Below are positions 6,305 through 16,101 of a DNA stretch of 32,000 nucleotides, in pieces. Source of the stretch: Mycoplasma mycoides subsp. capri (lineage in GTDB: Bacteria > Bacillota_I > Bacilli_A > Mycoplasmatales > Mycoplasmataceae); contig NZ_CP065581.1 of the NCBI RefSeq assembly GCF_018389705.1, positions 660,001 through 692,000 on the forward strand. The letters run 5' to 3'. The translations under genes and the position numbers were made by a program. The notes below the pieces were generated by a model, which was given only the letters and a program-made list of their open reading frames with translations, had not been told where the DNA came from and did no database searches. Numbering within the stretch: the stretch's first letter is position 1; each line of letters opens with the position of its first letter.

Positions 6305-9300
6305 TTAATCTATATTAACTTCTATAATTTCTGAAGCTAAAGCATTTTTTAATGGTTTAACTCTGATTTGATAAGTTCCTGAAGCTAAACCTTGAACTTT
6401 ATTTTTAGTTATATCAGTTCAACTACCATTGTTTTTTAATTTATATTGCATTTTATCATTTACACCAGTTAGTGTTTTATTAATTGATTTAATATTGTTA
6501 TTAGTTGGTATTTCTGATCTAATTAAATCAATTTTTTGACTATCTGAACTTAGTTTTTCATCTGATCCTTTATATCTTAAATAAAGAGTTCCAATAGTTG
6601 CACTAGGTATTATAAAGTCAGTTGGAACATCTTTTCAACTAGTGTTATTAAAGTTATATTCTAAATTGTTTAAATTATTAGTAATTTTAATAGAATCATT
6701 ATCTAATATTAAAATTTCAGCATTAGGTTTATTTTGTCTTTGAACGTTAATATTAACTGAAGTATTACCATTTAAATTAAATTTATAATCTTTTTTCTTA
6801 ATTAATTCTAATTGAATATTAACATCATCATAAGAATTAAAATGACCTAAAGTTAAAATATAAGAATTACCTTCTTGTTTTACATCTTTTATAAGAGCAT
6901 TTTTAATACTAAAGTTTCCTGCTTTTAAATCATTAACTTTTTGATCTAATTCAACTTTAATTGCATATTTATTATTATACTGTTGAACACTTTTAACATT
7001 TACATTAGTTAAACTGGTTTTTGTTTGAGTTTCAAAATTATAACTAATAGCTTTATTAGGTCCAATTATTGAAGTAACCTTAAACCCTTTTTCTTTAACA
7101 TCTAATCCTCTTTTATTAAATGCACTATTAACAACTTTGAAGTTTTTAGAATTAGTTATTAAATCTAAATTAGTTATTTGCTGAGTTTCTGTATTTCAAT
7201 TATTATCAATTAAAGCTAAAACATCATCTTCTGTAGTTACAAAGTTTTTAAATTTTAAGTTTCTATAACGTTTACCTTGATTATCAAATTCTTTATTAAA
7301 TTTATCAGAGGTTGTAAAATCGTCATTTGTATTTAAAAAGAAATTAAAGCTAGTGTAAGTATCTGTTCTATCTGAAGTAGCATCAATATGATATCATTCA
7401 TTATCTAATTGAACTAAGTTTCAAGCGTGTTTAGTACTTCTAGTTTCTCTACTACTTTCACCTTCCATAAATCTACATGGAATATCAAGTTCATCTAAGA
7501 TTAATTTTAATCCTTTAGCATAACCAGTACATACTGTATATTTTTTAACTAAAGCTGAATGAGCGTTTTGATTTTTTAACATTGGTCCATCTGTTAAATT
7601 AAAGTCATATTTAACTTCTTTAGTCATTCACTCATAAGCTTTTATAAGTCTTTCTAAAGGTGGTAGTTCATTTCATTTTTTTTCAACAACCAAATCTTTA
7701 GCTGCTTTTTTAGCTAACTCTTCATTATTTGCTAATTCACTTGTGTACTCTGAAAATACTTTAACAACAGCTGAAAATAAATAGCCTTTATAACTTGCTC
7801 ATATTCTAGCTGATTTTTCATCTGGATGATTACCATATGTATCTTTAGTATCTTTTCATTTTAAAGTTCCATCACTTGTTAATGTAAAAGTTACATCTTT
7901 TTGATCGTCATTTGAAGTTATAATTTCATCCTTTGGATAAGAAGTTCTTTGATATCATTTAATTTCATTTCTTGAAATTGGTTTTGAAGTACTTTTATCA
8001 ATAAGCTCTAATTTTACTTCATTATTTGTAAACTTATCTAGTACGATTAGTTCTTTATCAAGTTCAAATCTAGGATGAGAATAGAAATTTGGAGCAACAT
8101 CATTATTTAGCATCATTTCTTTTGCTTTATTTTCATCTAAATCAATTTTATTAAAAGCTTTAAGTGTGCGATCTATATATGTATTGTTAACATCACTAAG
8201 ATTTGCAGATGAACTAATAGTAATGCTTTCAAATGTTTCTGGTTCATATTTAATTGGTTGTGATTTAGGAATTGATGGTTGTGATACACTTGAAGAACTT
8301 ATCGGAGTAGCTGGAGTTAAAGTTATTAAAGGACTAACTTTTTTTTCTTCTGTTAATGGTGTTAAAGCAACATTATTTTTAATTACTTTTTCTTTTTTAA
8401 CAATAGGTTCTTCTTTAATTTCACGTTTTTTTCTTGGTTGTTGTTTAGTTGAACTAGTTGGTTCTAATTTAAATGCAGAAATTAGTTCAGATTCATTTGA
8501 ATTATTTTGTTTAGATTCATCTCTTTTATCAAGAACAGTATTTACAGTTGAACTAGTTGGTTTTGTTATAATAGCTTCAGCTTTTGGTTCTATATTTGGT
8601 TTTTTATCATCAATTGGTTTAATTGAAAGTCCGGGTATAATATCTGATTCATTGTTTAATTGTTCATTAATAGGTTCTTTAATTTCAAAATTAATTTCTA
8701 TTGTTCCAAAATATTTCTTTGAATCTTTGACTTTAATAATTAAAGTAGAACCTTCTTTTTTTATAATTTCAAAATTATTAATAGTTAAATCTTTTAAAAC
8801 AGTTTGATTAACTTTTAAAAACTCGTTTAAAATAGTTGTATTATTAGAATTATTTAAATTTGTTAAATTAGTAATTAAATTTAATGAGTTAATATTAATT
8901 AAAGCAGGAGTTAAATTAGTTCAATTAATAGTATTAGTTATTGTATTTAAATTAGTTTCATTAATTTTATTTTCTTTAGCTTCAAATTTAATATTAGTAT
9001 TACCTATAAATTGGTTTGAATTTTTAATATTAATAATAGCATTAGAATCATTAATCATTTTTACTTCTAATTGGTTTTCATTTAAATTAGATAGTTTGTG
9101 ATTGTTTATATCTAAAAAAGTTTTAATAATAGTTTTTGGAGTGTTATCTTTTATATCATACAAATTAGTATTTAAATCTAATTTACTAATATTTATTTGT
9201 TTATTATGTAAAGTGGTTGTTTTATCATTACTACAAGAAACTACAACAATACTACTAGTTAAAGCAGTTAAACAAGTTAAAATGGATATTAATTTAGTTT

Positions 9301-9307
9301 TTTTCAT
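6305..9307 (-). CDS. Large surface lipoprotein with a transglutaminase-like cysteine-protease core, 1000 aa
   Basis: MKKTKLISILTCLTALTSSIVVVSCSN has a lipobox. The whole frame was checked triplet by triplet and contains only TGA interruptions. Core motif YTVCTGYAKG (Cys codon 7529-7531), HAW (His 7427-7429), YHID (Asp 7382-7384). Confidence 0.85.
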
Positions 9308-9396
9308 TATTTATATTTATTTTCTATTGATCTAATTATTTAATTTTATTTACTAATAAATAAAATGTCGCAAATATATAATATATCATAAAATCA

Positions 9397-10941
9397 TTAA
9401 AAATTAAAAGTTAGATTCTTATATTGAGATTTTAATTTATTAAAATCTTTAGTACTTTTAATAAAGATTTCTGTATTATAAATTTGACGTTTTTGTATTG
9501 AGTCTCACATTGATTTATCTAAATAGTTATCTTGTAAAAACAAATAATAAGTAATTGTGTTTTTTGTTCCAATTCTATGATTTCTTTTTAAAGCTTGAAT
9601 ATGATAACCATAAGTTGCTAAAGAAAATAAAATAGTCTTATCATATTCTTGTCAATTATTTCCTGTACTTGCTGAAAAATAATTTGCAATAATCACACGT
9701 TTTTTACTACTATTTTTATTATTTTGATCTAAATTTAAAAATTCTAAATAATTAGTAATATTTTTTTTATTACCATTTCAAATATCAATTTTATAATCTA
9801 GTTTTTTACAAATTTTATAAATTTCATCAAACTCAGGATCATAGTTATAAAAAATAATATAGTTATCAATCTTATCAGTTAAGAGTTGTTCTAATTTATT
9901 TAATCTTGAATAATCAAATCAATAATAATCTTTACTATTTCCTTGAAATCCAATTGAAATTTGTCTAGTTCTTAATCAAAAAGTAGCATCATCACCAGCT
10001 ATTCATTTATCATCAGGATAACTTAAATTTTTATAATATGGGTTTTTAATAAGATTTAATTGATTTGGTTTGTAATTTGATTTAATGTTATTTTTATTAC
10101 AAAAATTTAATAAATCATATTCTGTTACTTTTTTATTTGTAAATAGTTCAAATTCACTACTAATTGGTAATTTAATACCAATGAATTGTTGTTTTGGTAA
10201 ATAAATAGGTGGGATATTTTTACTAGTTAAAGCAAATTGATTAATTAATTGTTCTAATTGTTTTATATTTTTATATCCATTAATTTTATAAACTCTTCTA
10301 TAAGCATTATTAAATTGGGTTTTAATACAAAACTGATCTTCAAACTGATATCTAGTCATTTTTAAACCTAAAAATCTTAATTGATTAAACATATCAATAG
10401 CCCCAGTTGTTTGAGGAGTGCCACTTAATAAGTATAAATAAGTTTTAAAAGCTAGTTTTTTAACTAAATCAACAAAGTTTTTAATACTAATGGAAATTAA
10501 AGCTCTTGAGTTTTTAATATTTTGACTTTCATCAATAATAATTGCGATTTTTTGATTTTTATGTACACTAATAAATTTAGCTAAATAATTAAAAAAGTTT
10601 TCTTTATTAATATTTAATAAAAATGAATGATAATTAATAATAATTGCTTCTTTTTGATTGTTTCTAAAATCAGCATTTTTTAAATCAGTTTTTAAATAAA
10701 CTTTGAAATTTAAATCATTTTGTAGATAATTTGTAAAACTAGCATTTTGTTCAACAGTTTCTAAAGTTTTACTTCTACTAGCAATTACAATAATTGCATC
10801 AACTTGATTAATTTCACAAAAACCTAAACTTAAAATTGTTTTTCCACTACCCATATCTAAAAACAATCCTAATTGATTTTTATGCTTATTTTTAATAATT
10901 AATTCTTTTTGTCAGTCAAATAATTGATCAATAATTGCCAT
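9397..10941 (-). CDS. SNF2/DEAD-like superfamily 2 helicase, 514 aa
   Basis: MAIIDQLFDW... Walker A LDMGSGKT, motif II IIIDESQNIKN, C-terminal helicase-like region. Frame verified open from 10941 to TAA at 9397-9399 with TGA = Trp. Confidence 0.8.
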
Positions 10942-10977
10942 ATTTTTTTCCTATTTTTATACTATATTTTTAATAAT

Positions 10978-11006
10978 AAAAAAACAAGTACTAGAAAAAG
11001 TACTTG
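10978..11006 (-). terminator. Rho-independent terminator downstream of yneF
   Basis: Stem CAAGTACT (10985-10992) / AGTACTTG (10999-11006). The A-run 10978-10984 gives a T-run on the minus strand. Confidence 0.65.
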
Positions 11007-11008
11007 AA

Positions 11009-11254
11009 TTATTTTGCTCTTTTAATAGCGTTCATAGTTTTTTTAATATCAGCTTCTGATGGTTTTCTTCCCATACTCATATACATAGCTCTAATTTGTT
11101 TTTCAGTAATTGGTGGATTATCTTTTAATTGTTTTTTAACCATATATCTAGTAATTACAAATCCTAAAATTAATCCAATAACAATTGCTGCAATAATCAC
11201 ACCAATTAACATTCCAGCTAAAGCACCTGCTGAAAAAGTTGTTGTTAATAACAT
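11009..11254 (-). CDS. yneF: UPF0154 (YneF-like) small membrane protein, 81 aa
   Basis: One N-terminal TM helix followed by RYMVKKQLKDNPPITEKQIRAMYMSMGRKPSE, which is typical of the YneF/UPF0154 family. Confidence 0.85.
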   Translation of the reverse strand: MLLTTTFSAGALAGMLIGVIIAAIVIGLILGFVITRYMVKKQLKDNPPITEKQIRAMYMSMGRKPSEADIKKTMNAIKRAK

Positions 11255-11269
11255 TAAAATTTCTCTTTT

Positions 11270-13240
11270 CTATTTATTTAAATATTCTAATATTTTTTTT
11301 GTTAGATTTTCTTTTATAAATCCAAATTCTTTAATGACACTATTAGCAGGAGCTGATTCACCAAAACGATCAATTCCAAAAACTAAGCCATCATCACCAA
11401 CATATTTATATCAAATTGCACTTGATCCCATTTCAATAGCAATTCTTTTAGTATTTTTATTAATAATTTGATCTTGATATTGTTTATCTTGTTTATCAAA
11501 TAAATTAGTTGATACCATTGAAATAACTTTTGATTTAATATTGTGATTTAATAATTCTTTTTGCACATCAATTGCTAATCCAACTTCACTACCACTAGCA
11601 ATTAAACTAACAGTTGCATCAGTTTGATCACTAATTATATAAGCTCCACGTTCAACTTGATTTAAAACATCATTGTGTTGTAGTTGTCTTACATTTTGTC
11701 TAGTTAAAATAATTGAAGTAGGAGTTTTAGTTAGTTTTGTTAAAGCAACTTTATAACAAGCAATAGTTTCACTAAAATCAGCTGGTCTTAAAACAACATG
11801 ATTTGGAATAGTTCTTAACATTGATAGTTGTTCAATTGGTTGATGAGTTGGTCCATCTTCACCAACTGCAATAGAATCATGAGTAAAGACATATAATTGT
11901 TGTAATTGCATAATTGAAGCTAATCTCATTGCTGGTTTTAAATAATCTGCAAATACAAAAAACCCACTAGCTACTGGAATTAATCCTTTATGAGCTGCAA
12001 TTCCATTATTAATTGCACCCATTCCAAATTCTCTTACTCCATACATTATATTTCTACCAGTTTTATTTAAACTAGTAAATTGGTTATCAGCACCTTTAAT
12101 TCTAGTTGAACTAGATAAATCAGCACTTCCTCCAATTAGCATTTTTTCATGATTTGCAATTTGTTCAAAAATCTTTCCTGAACTTAATCTTGTTGCTTCA
12201 TCATTATTTGGTATATCTTTTAATAAACTAGAAAAATCAAAAGTGATATTTTTATTAATAGCATTATCTAAATAAGTACTTAATTCAGGATATTTTAAAC
12301 TATATTTAGCTTTTAATTGATTTCAATATTCTTCTTCAATTTCACCTTTTTTAGCATTAATTGATCAGTGTTTATAAACTGAATCTGGAATAATAAAATC
12401 ATCATAATCTCAATCAAAATATTTTTTTACCTTAGTTATATCATCATTTAAAGGAGCACCGTGAACATCTTTAGTTCCTTGTTTAGTTGAACCTAATCCA
12501 ATAACAGTTTTAACTTCAATATATGTTGGTTTATCTGAAAGTTGAGCTTTTCTAATAGCTTTATAAATGGAATTTAAATCTTCTCCATCACTAACTTTTA
12601 TTGTATTTCAATTACATGCTTTAAAACGTTTGTGCATATCTTCAATTTGTACATCAACTACATTTGAATCTAATTGCACATCATTTGAATCATGAATTAA
12701 AATTAATTTATTTAACTTATGTTTACCAGCAAAAGAAATAGCCTCTTGACTAATTCCTTCTTGTAAATCACCATCACCACATAAAACATAAGTATAATGA
12801 TGAATTAAATTAAAATCATGTTTATTATAAACACTTGCTAGATGAGCTTCAGCAACAGCCATTCCAACTCCCATTCCAACACCTTGACCAAGTGGACCTG
12901 TTGTCACTTCAACTCCACATGTTAAAGTTTTTTCAGGATGTCCTGGAGTTTTACTATCTCATTGTCTAAATTGTTTTAAATCATCAATAGATAAATCATA
13001 TCCAGATAAATGTAAAGCTGAATATAATAACGCACTACCATGACCAGCAGATAAAATAAATCTATCTCTATTAAATCATTCTGGATTTTTAGGATTAAAA
13101 TTCATAATTTTATTAAATAAAACATAAACTATTCCAGCTGCTCCTAAAACAATTCCAGGATGACCAGATTTTGCTTTATTAATTGCACTTACACCTAATA
13201 TACGTAATGCATTTAAATTATCATTTTTACTAGTTTTCAT
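11270..13240 (-). CDS. tkt: Transketolase, 656 aa
   Basis: Three track ORFs (13076-13270, 12608-12907, 11411-12142) share one frame, and all gaps were checked (TGA only). Motifs [33 protein letters not shown] precedes the ATG at 13240. Stop TAG at 11270-11272. Confidence 0.95.
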
Positions 13241-13298
13241 TTTTCTCCTTATATTTAATAGATATATCAATTGAATTTATGAATTAAGTTTGAGATTA

Positions 13299-13451
13299 CT
13301 ATTTTAAAACTATTTCTAAATATCAACTTTTTAATAATTCATATTCTTGATTTTGTTCTTCAGTAATTAAATTTTTAGCTTTTAAATCAGCATAGAATTT
13401 AATTCTTTTTATGATTTCATCAAAAGGTAAATCTTTAATATTATCTGACAT
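13299..13451 (-). CDS. Small DUF896/UPF0291 (YnzC-like) protein, 50 aa
   Basis: MSDNIKDLPFDEIIKRIKFYADLKAKNLITEEQNQEYELLKSWYLEIVLK with an AGGAGA RBS. The pattern resembles YnzC (..LITEEQ..EY..L). It sits immediately upstream of tkt, as ynzC does in Bacillus. Confidence 0.6.
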
Positions 13452-13537
13452 TTTTTCTCCTATATATTATTTTATACCATTATAAAGATCAGTTTTATAG
13501 ATTACTAATTAGTAGTTTTTAATATCTTAGTAAATAT

Positions 13538-13565
13538 AAAAAAACACTTTATTTTATTAAAGTGT
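13538..13565 (-). terminator. Rho-independent (near-bidirectional) terminator
   Basis: Stem ACACTTTA (13544-13551) / TAAAGTGT (13558-13565), flanked by an A-run (13538-13543) and a T-run (13565-13568). Confidence 0.6.
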
Positions 13566-13572
13566 TTTAAAA

Positions 13573-14307
13573 CTAATTTGAAGCTTGACTAGTTATTATC
13601 GGTTTATTTTGAGTAATTTTTAAATCTTTTTTAGATTTCTTTTCTTGTTTATTTAAAAATTCTAAGCTATCAAATCTTGTACATCATAATTGATTTCAAG
13701 TATTTGGCACTCTTTTTAAAACTAAAATAGAAACTTCAAAAGTTGAAATAATTAAAATTGGTTCTATAACAGCATCAATTGGAAAGACAATAAATTTCTT
13801 TACTAAAGTTACATAAACATATGCATTTTTACCAATAGCTAACATAGCAATTGGGTGAGAAATGAATGTTAGTGTAAAACTTGCAATAAATAGTAAAACA
13901 AAAACTGAAATCATAAATGATAATCTTGATTTTTGTTTTTTAATAAAAACTAATGATCCTAACATTGCATAAATCATATATGCAGCCATAAATGAAAAAT
14001 GAATAAAAATACCTGGGTTAACCATTCCAGCTGTATAACTTAAGGCCCCAACTAAAGCTCCACCCATAGGACCAAACAACATACCAGATAAAAATAAAAT
14101 AAAGTTACCAAGCATCAAGCGCGCACCAAAAACACCACTATAACCAAGAAAATTTGTTAATAAAACAATTAATGCTACTTGCATTGCCATCATTGTTATT
14201 TTAGTAGTTGTAATAGTTTTTAAAAATTTTGGATCCATCATGTAAGCTATTGCAAATAATAAAATGATTACACAAATAGCAGCTCCATTTGTTAAGAAAA
14301 ACAACAT
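13573..14307 (-). CDS. Polytopic membrane protein resembling an ECF-transporter S component (substrate not assignable), 244 aa
   Basis: Track ORF 13696-14307 extends through two TGA codons to TAG at 13573-13575. It has ~6 hydrophobic helices and a Gly-rich LSGMLFGPMGGALVGAL segment like ECF S components, plus a basic C-terminal tail. Confidence 0.6.
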
Positions 14308-14411
14308 TTTAGCAGCCTCTCATTAAAATTTAATATTTTACATTAATTATTGTATCAAGTATCTAAACTATTAAAACACATATAAATTATTTTTATTTTT
14401 TAAAAATTATT

Positions 14412-15686
14412 TTACTTATAATTAATTTTTTTTAAATATTGTTTTATTAGTTGAATCGCTCTTTTTGAATAAAATTTTTTACTATTATCAGATAATTCAA
14501 AACCATCAATCATATCAACTAAAGCTCAATTAATTCTCATTGGACTAAAATTAGAATCAGTTTTTAATAAATAATGATAAAGTGAACCTATTGTTGAATT
14601 TTTATTAGGTAGAATCATTTTTTTATTATTTAAATATCTATCTAAATTAATTGCACTAATTAATCCAGAACAAACTGATTCAACATATCCATCAACTCCA
14701 ATAATTTGACCTGCAAAAAAAATATTTTTATGTGTTTTTAATTGCACACCTAAATTTAATATTTTTTTAGTGTTAATGTAATTATTTTTATGCATAACAC
14801 CATATCTCATAATTTTTAAATTTTCTAATCCAGGAATTAAGCTAAAAACTTTTAATTGTTCATTTCACATTAAACTAGTTTGAAAATTAACTATTGAATA
14901 TAAATTATTAATAACACTATCTTTTTTTAATGTAATAGTTATATAAGCATTATTATTAATTGGTTTAAAATTATTAATAAATTCTTGTTTGTTTTTAGCT
15001 AAACTTTCAATGCTAAAATAATTGTTTTTTTCTAGTAATTTAATTTCATTTTTTAATGGTGAATTAAAAGTTTTTGCACTAATTAAAGCATTGTAAAATT
15101 TTTCAAATTGCTCTTTATTTAAATCAGAATATAAATAATCTAAATTATTATCTAAGCTATAACAAATATTTGTATTTATTGATTGTTTTAAAATAGTTGG
15201 TTCTACACTATCAAATAATTTTAAATTCTTCTTATTAATTAAATTTTCTAATTTATTTAAAAAACTTGGTGTTGAAATAGGACCAATTGCTATAATTGTT
15301 GGAATATTTAAATCAATATTTAAATATTCTTGTTCTATAATTTTTAAGTTATTAAAAGTTTTTAAATAATTAGTAATGTATTTACTAAACTCAATTCTAT
15401 TTACAACTAATTCATTATTTTGATTTATACTAGCATATTTTGCTGCTTTTATAATTAGTGAATCTAAAAGTTCTAATTCTTTTTTTAAAGTACCAACACT
15501 AGTGTTTAAATCAATTGATCTAAATGAATCTGAATATGCTAATTCACAAAAATAATCATAATGTTGAATTGGATTTTTTTTAATAGTTTTAATTTCATAC
15601 AATTCAACAAAATAGCCTTTTTTTAATAAATAATAAGCAGCTTCACACCCTGATAGTCCTGCTCCAATGATTCTTATTGTTTTCAT
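14412..15686 (-). CDS. trmFO: Methylenetetrahydrofolate--tRNA-(uracil54-C5)-methyltransferase TrmFO (Gid), 424 aa
   Basis: MKTIRIIGAGLSGCEAAYYL is an FAD-binding GxGxxG. Also FFAGQIIGVDGYVES. Track ORFs 14865-15686 and 14526-14810 are in frame and the tail was translated to TAA at 14412-14414. Confidence 0.9.
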
Positions 15687-15831
15687 AATATTCTCTTTAT
15701 ATTTATAATCATAAAAAAAGTAATTAATAAATTCTATTAAAGTCTTAAATAAAGATAATAATTTTTAATTAAATTATATTTATAGTTTTAGATTCTATTG
15801 TTTTTTTTATTATAAAGTGTAATATTAATTC

Positions 15832-15937
15832 AAATCCTGATTGTGATCAGTTGACAACATCTTGAGTCTAACCGTATGTTAAGTACGGAGCCCACCAGGT
15901 AAAAAGCACCGTGACGTGATACAGGTGCTTTTTTTTA
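15832..15937 (+). ncRNA. Candidate structured small RNA of unknown family (strand assignment tentative)
   Basis: 44/93 G+C over 15836-15928, in AT-rich intergenic DNA. Hairpins at 15837-15850 and 15872-15888. Terminator stem AAGCACC (15904-15910) / GGTGCTT (15924-15930) with T8 (15929-15936). Promoter-like TTGTTT (15798-15803), 16-bp spacer, TAATAT (15820-15825). Confidence 0.4.
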
Positions 15938-16075
15938 TTTAATTTAAAATAATATGAAAAAAAATTATATTTATGATTTTTAATACAAAAAATACTAATT
16001 AATAACTTTTTTATAATATAACTACATATTTTATAGCATTGATAACTATACAAATTATTATTTAAATTAATTACT

Positions 16076-16096
16076 AAAAAGAGCTTTTAAAGCTCT
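16076..16096 (-). terminator. Rho-independent terminator of the C1 peptidase gene
   Basis: Stem AGAGCT (16080-16085) / AGCTCT (16091-16096). The A-run 16076-16080 gives a T-run on the minus strand. Confidence 0.55.
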
Positions 16097-16101
16097 AATT
16101 T

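Noticed and set aside
8166-8807. 213-aa plus-strand ORF in the track
   Set aside because: It lies entirely antisense to the verified 1000-aa lipoprotein CDS. Its translation is low-complexity (Leu/Ser/Phe/Ile-rich) with no start context or RBS, so it is an artefact of the low-complexity coding strand opposite.
11004-11471. 155-aa plus-strand ORF overlapping yneF and the 3' end of tkt
   Set aside because: It is antisense to two well-supported conserved genes, and its hydrophobic junk translation is typical of an AT-rich antisense frame.
15836-15937. SRP (4.5S) RNA, a T-box leader, or a riboswitch controlling trmFO
   Set aside because: ACCAGGT is present but the SRP domain IV GGAA/AGCA motifs are absent. 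GGTGGGCTCCG on the minus strand only loosely resembles a T-box, and trmFO is not an aminoacyl-tRNA-related target. In the minus orientation the strongest hairpin with its U-run would sit at the 5' end, which is not a riboswitch layout.
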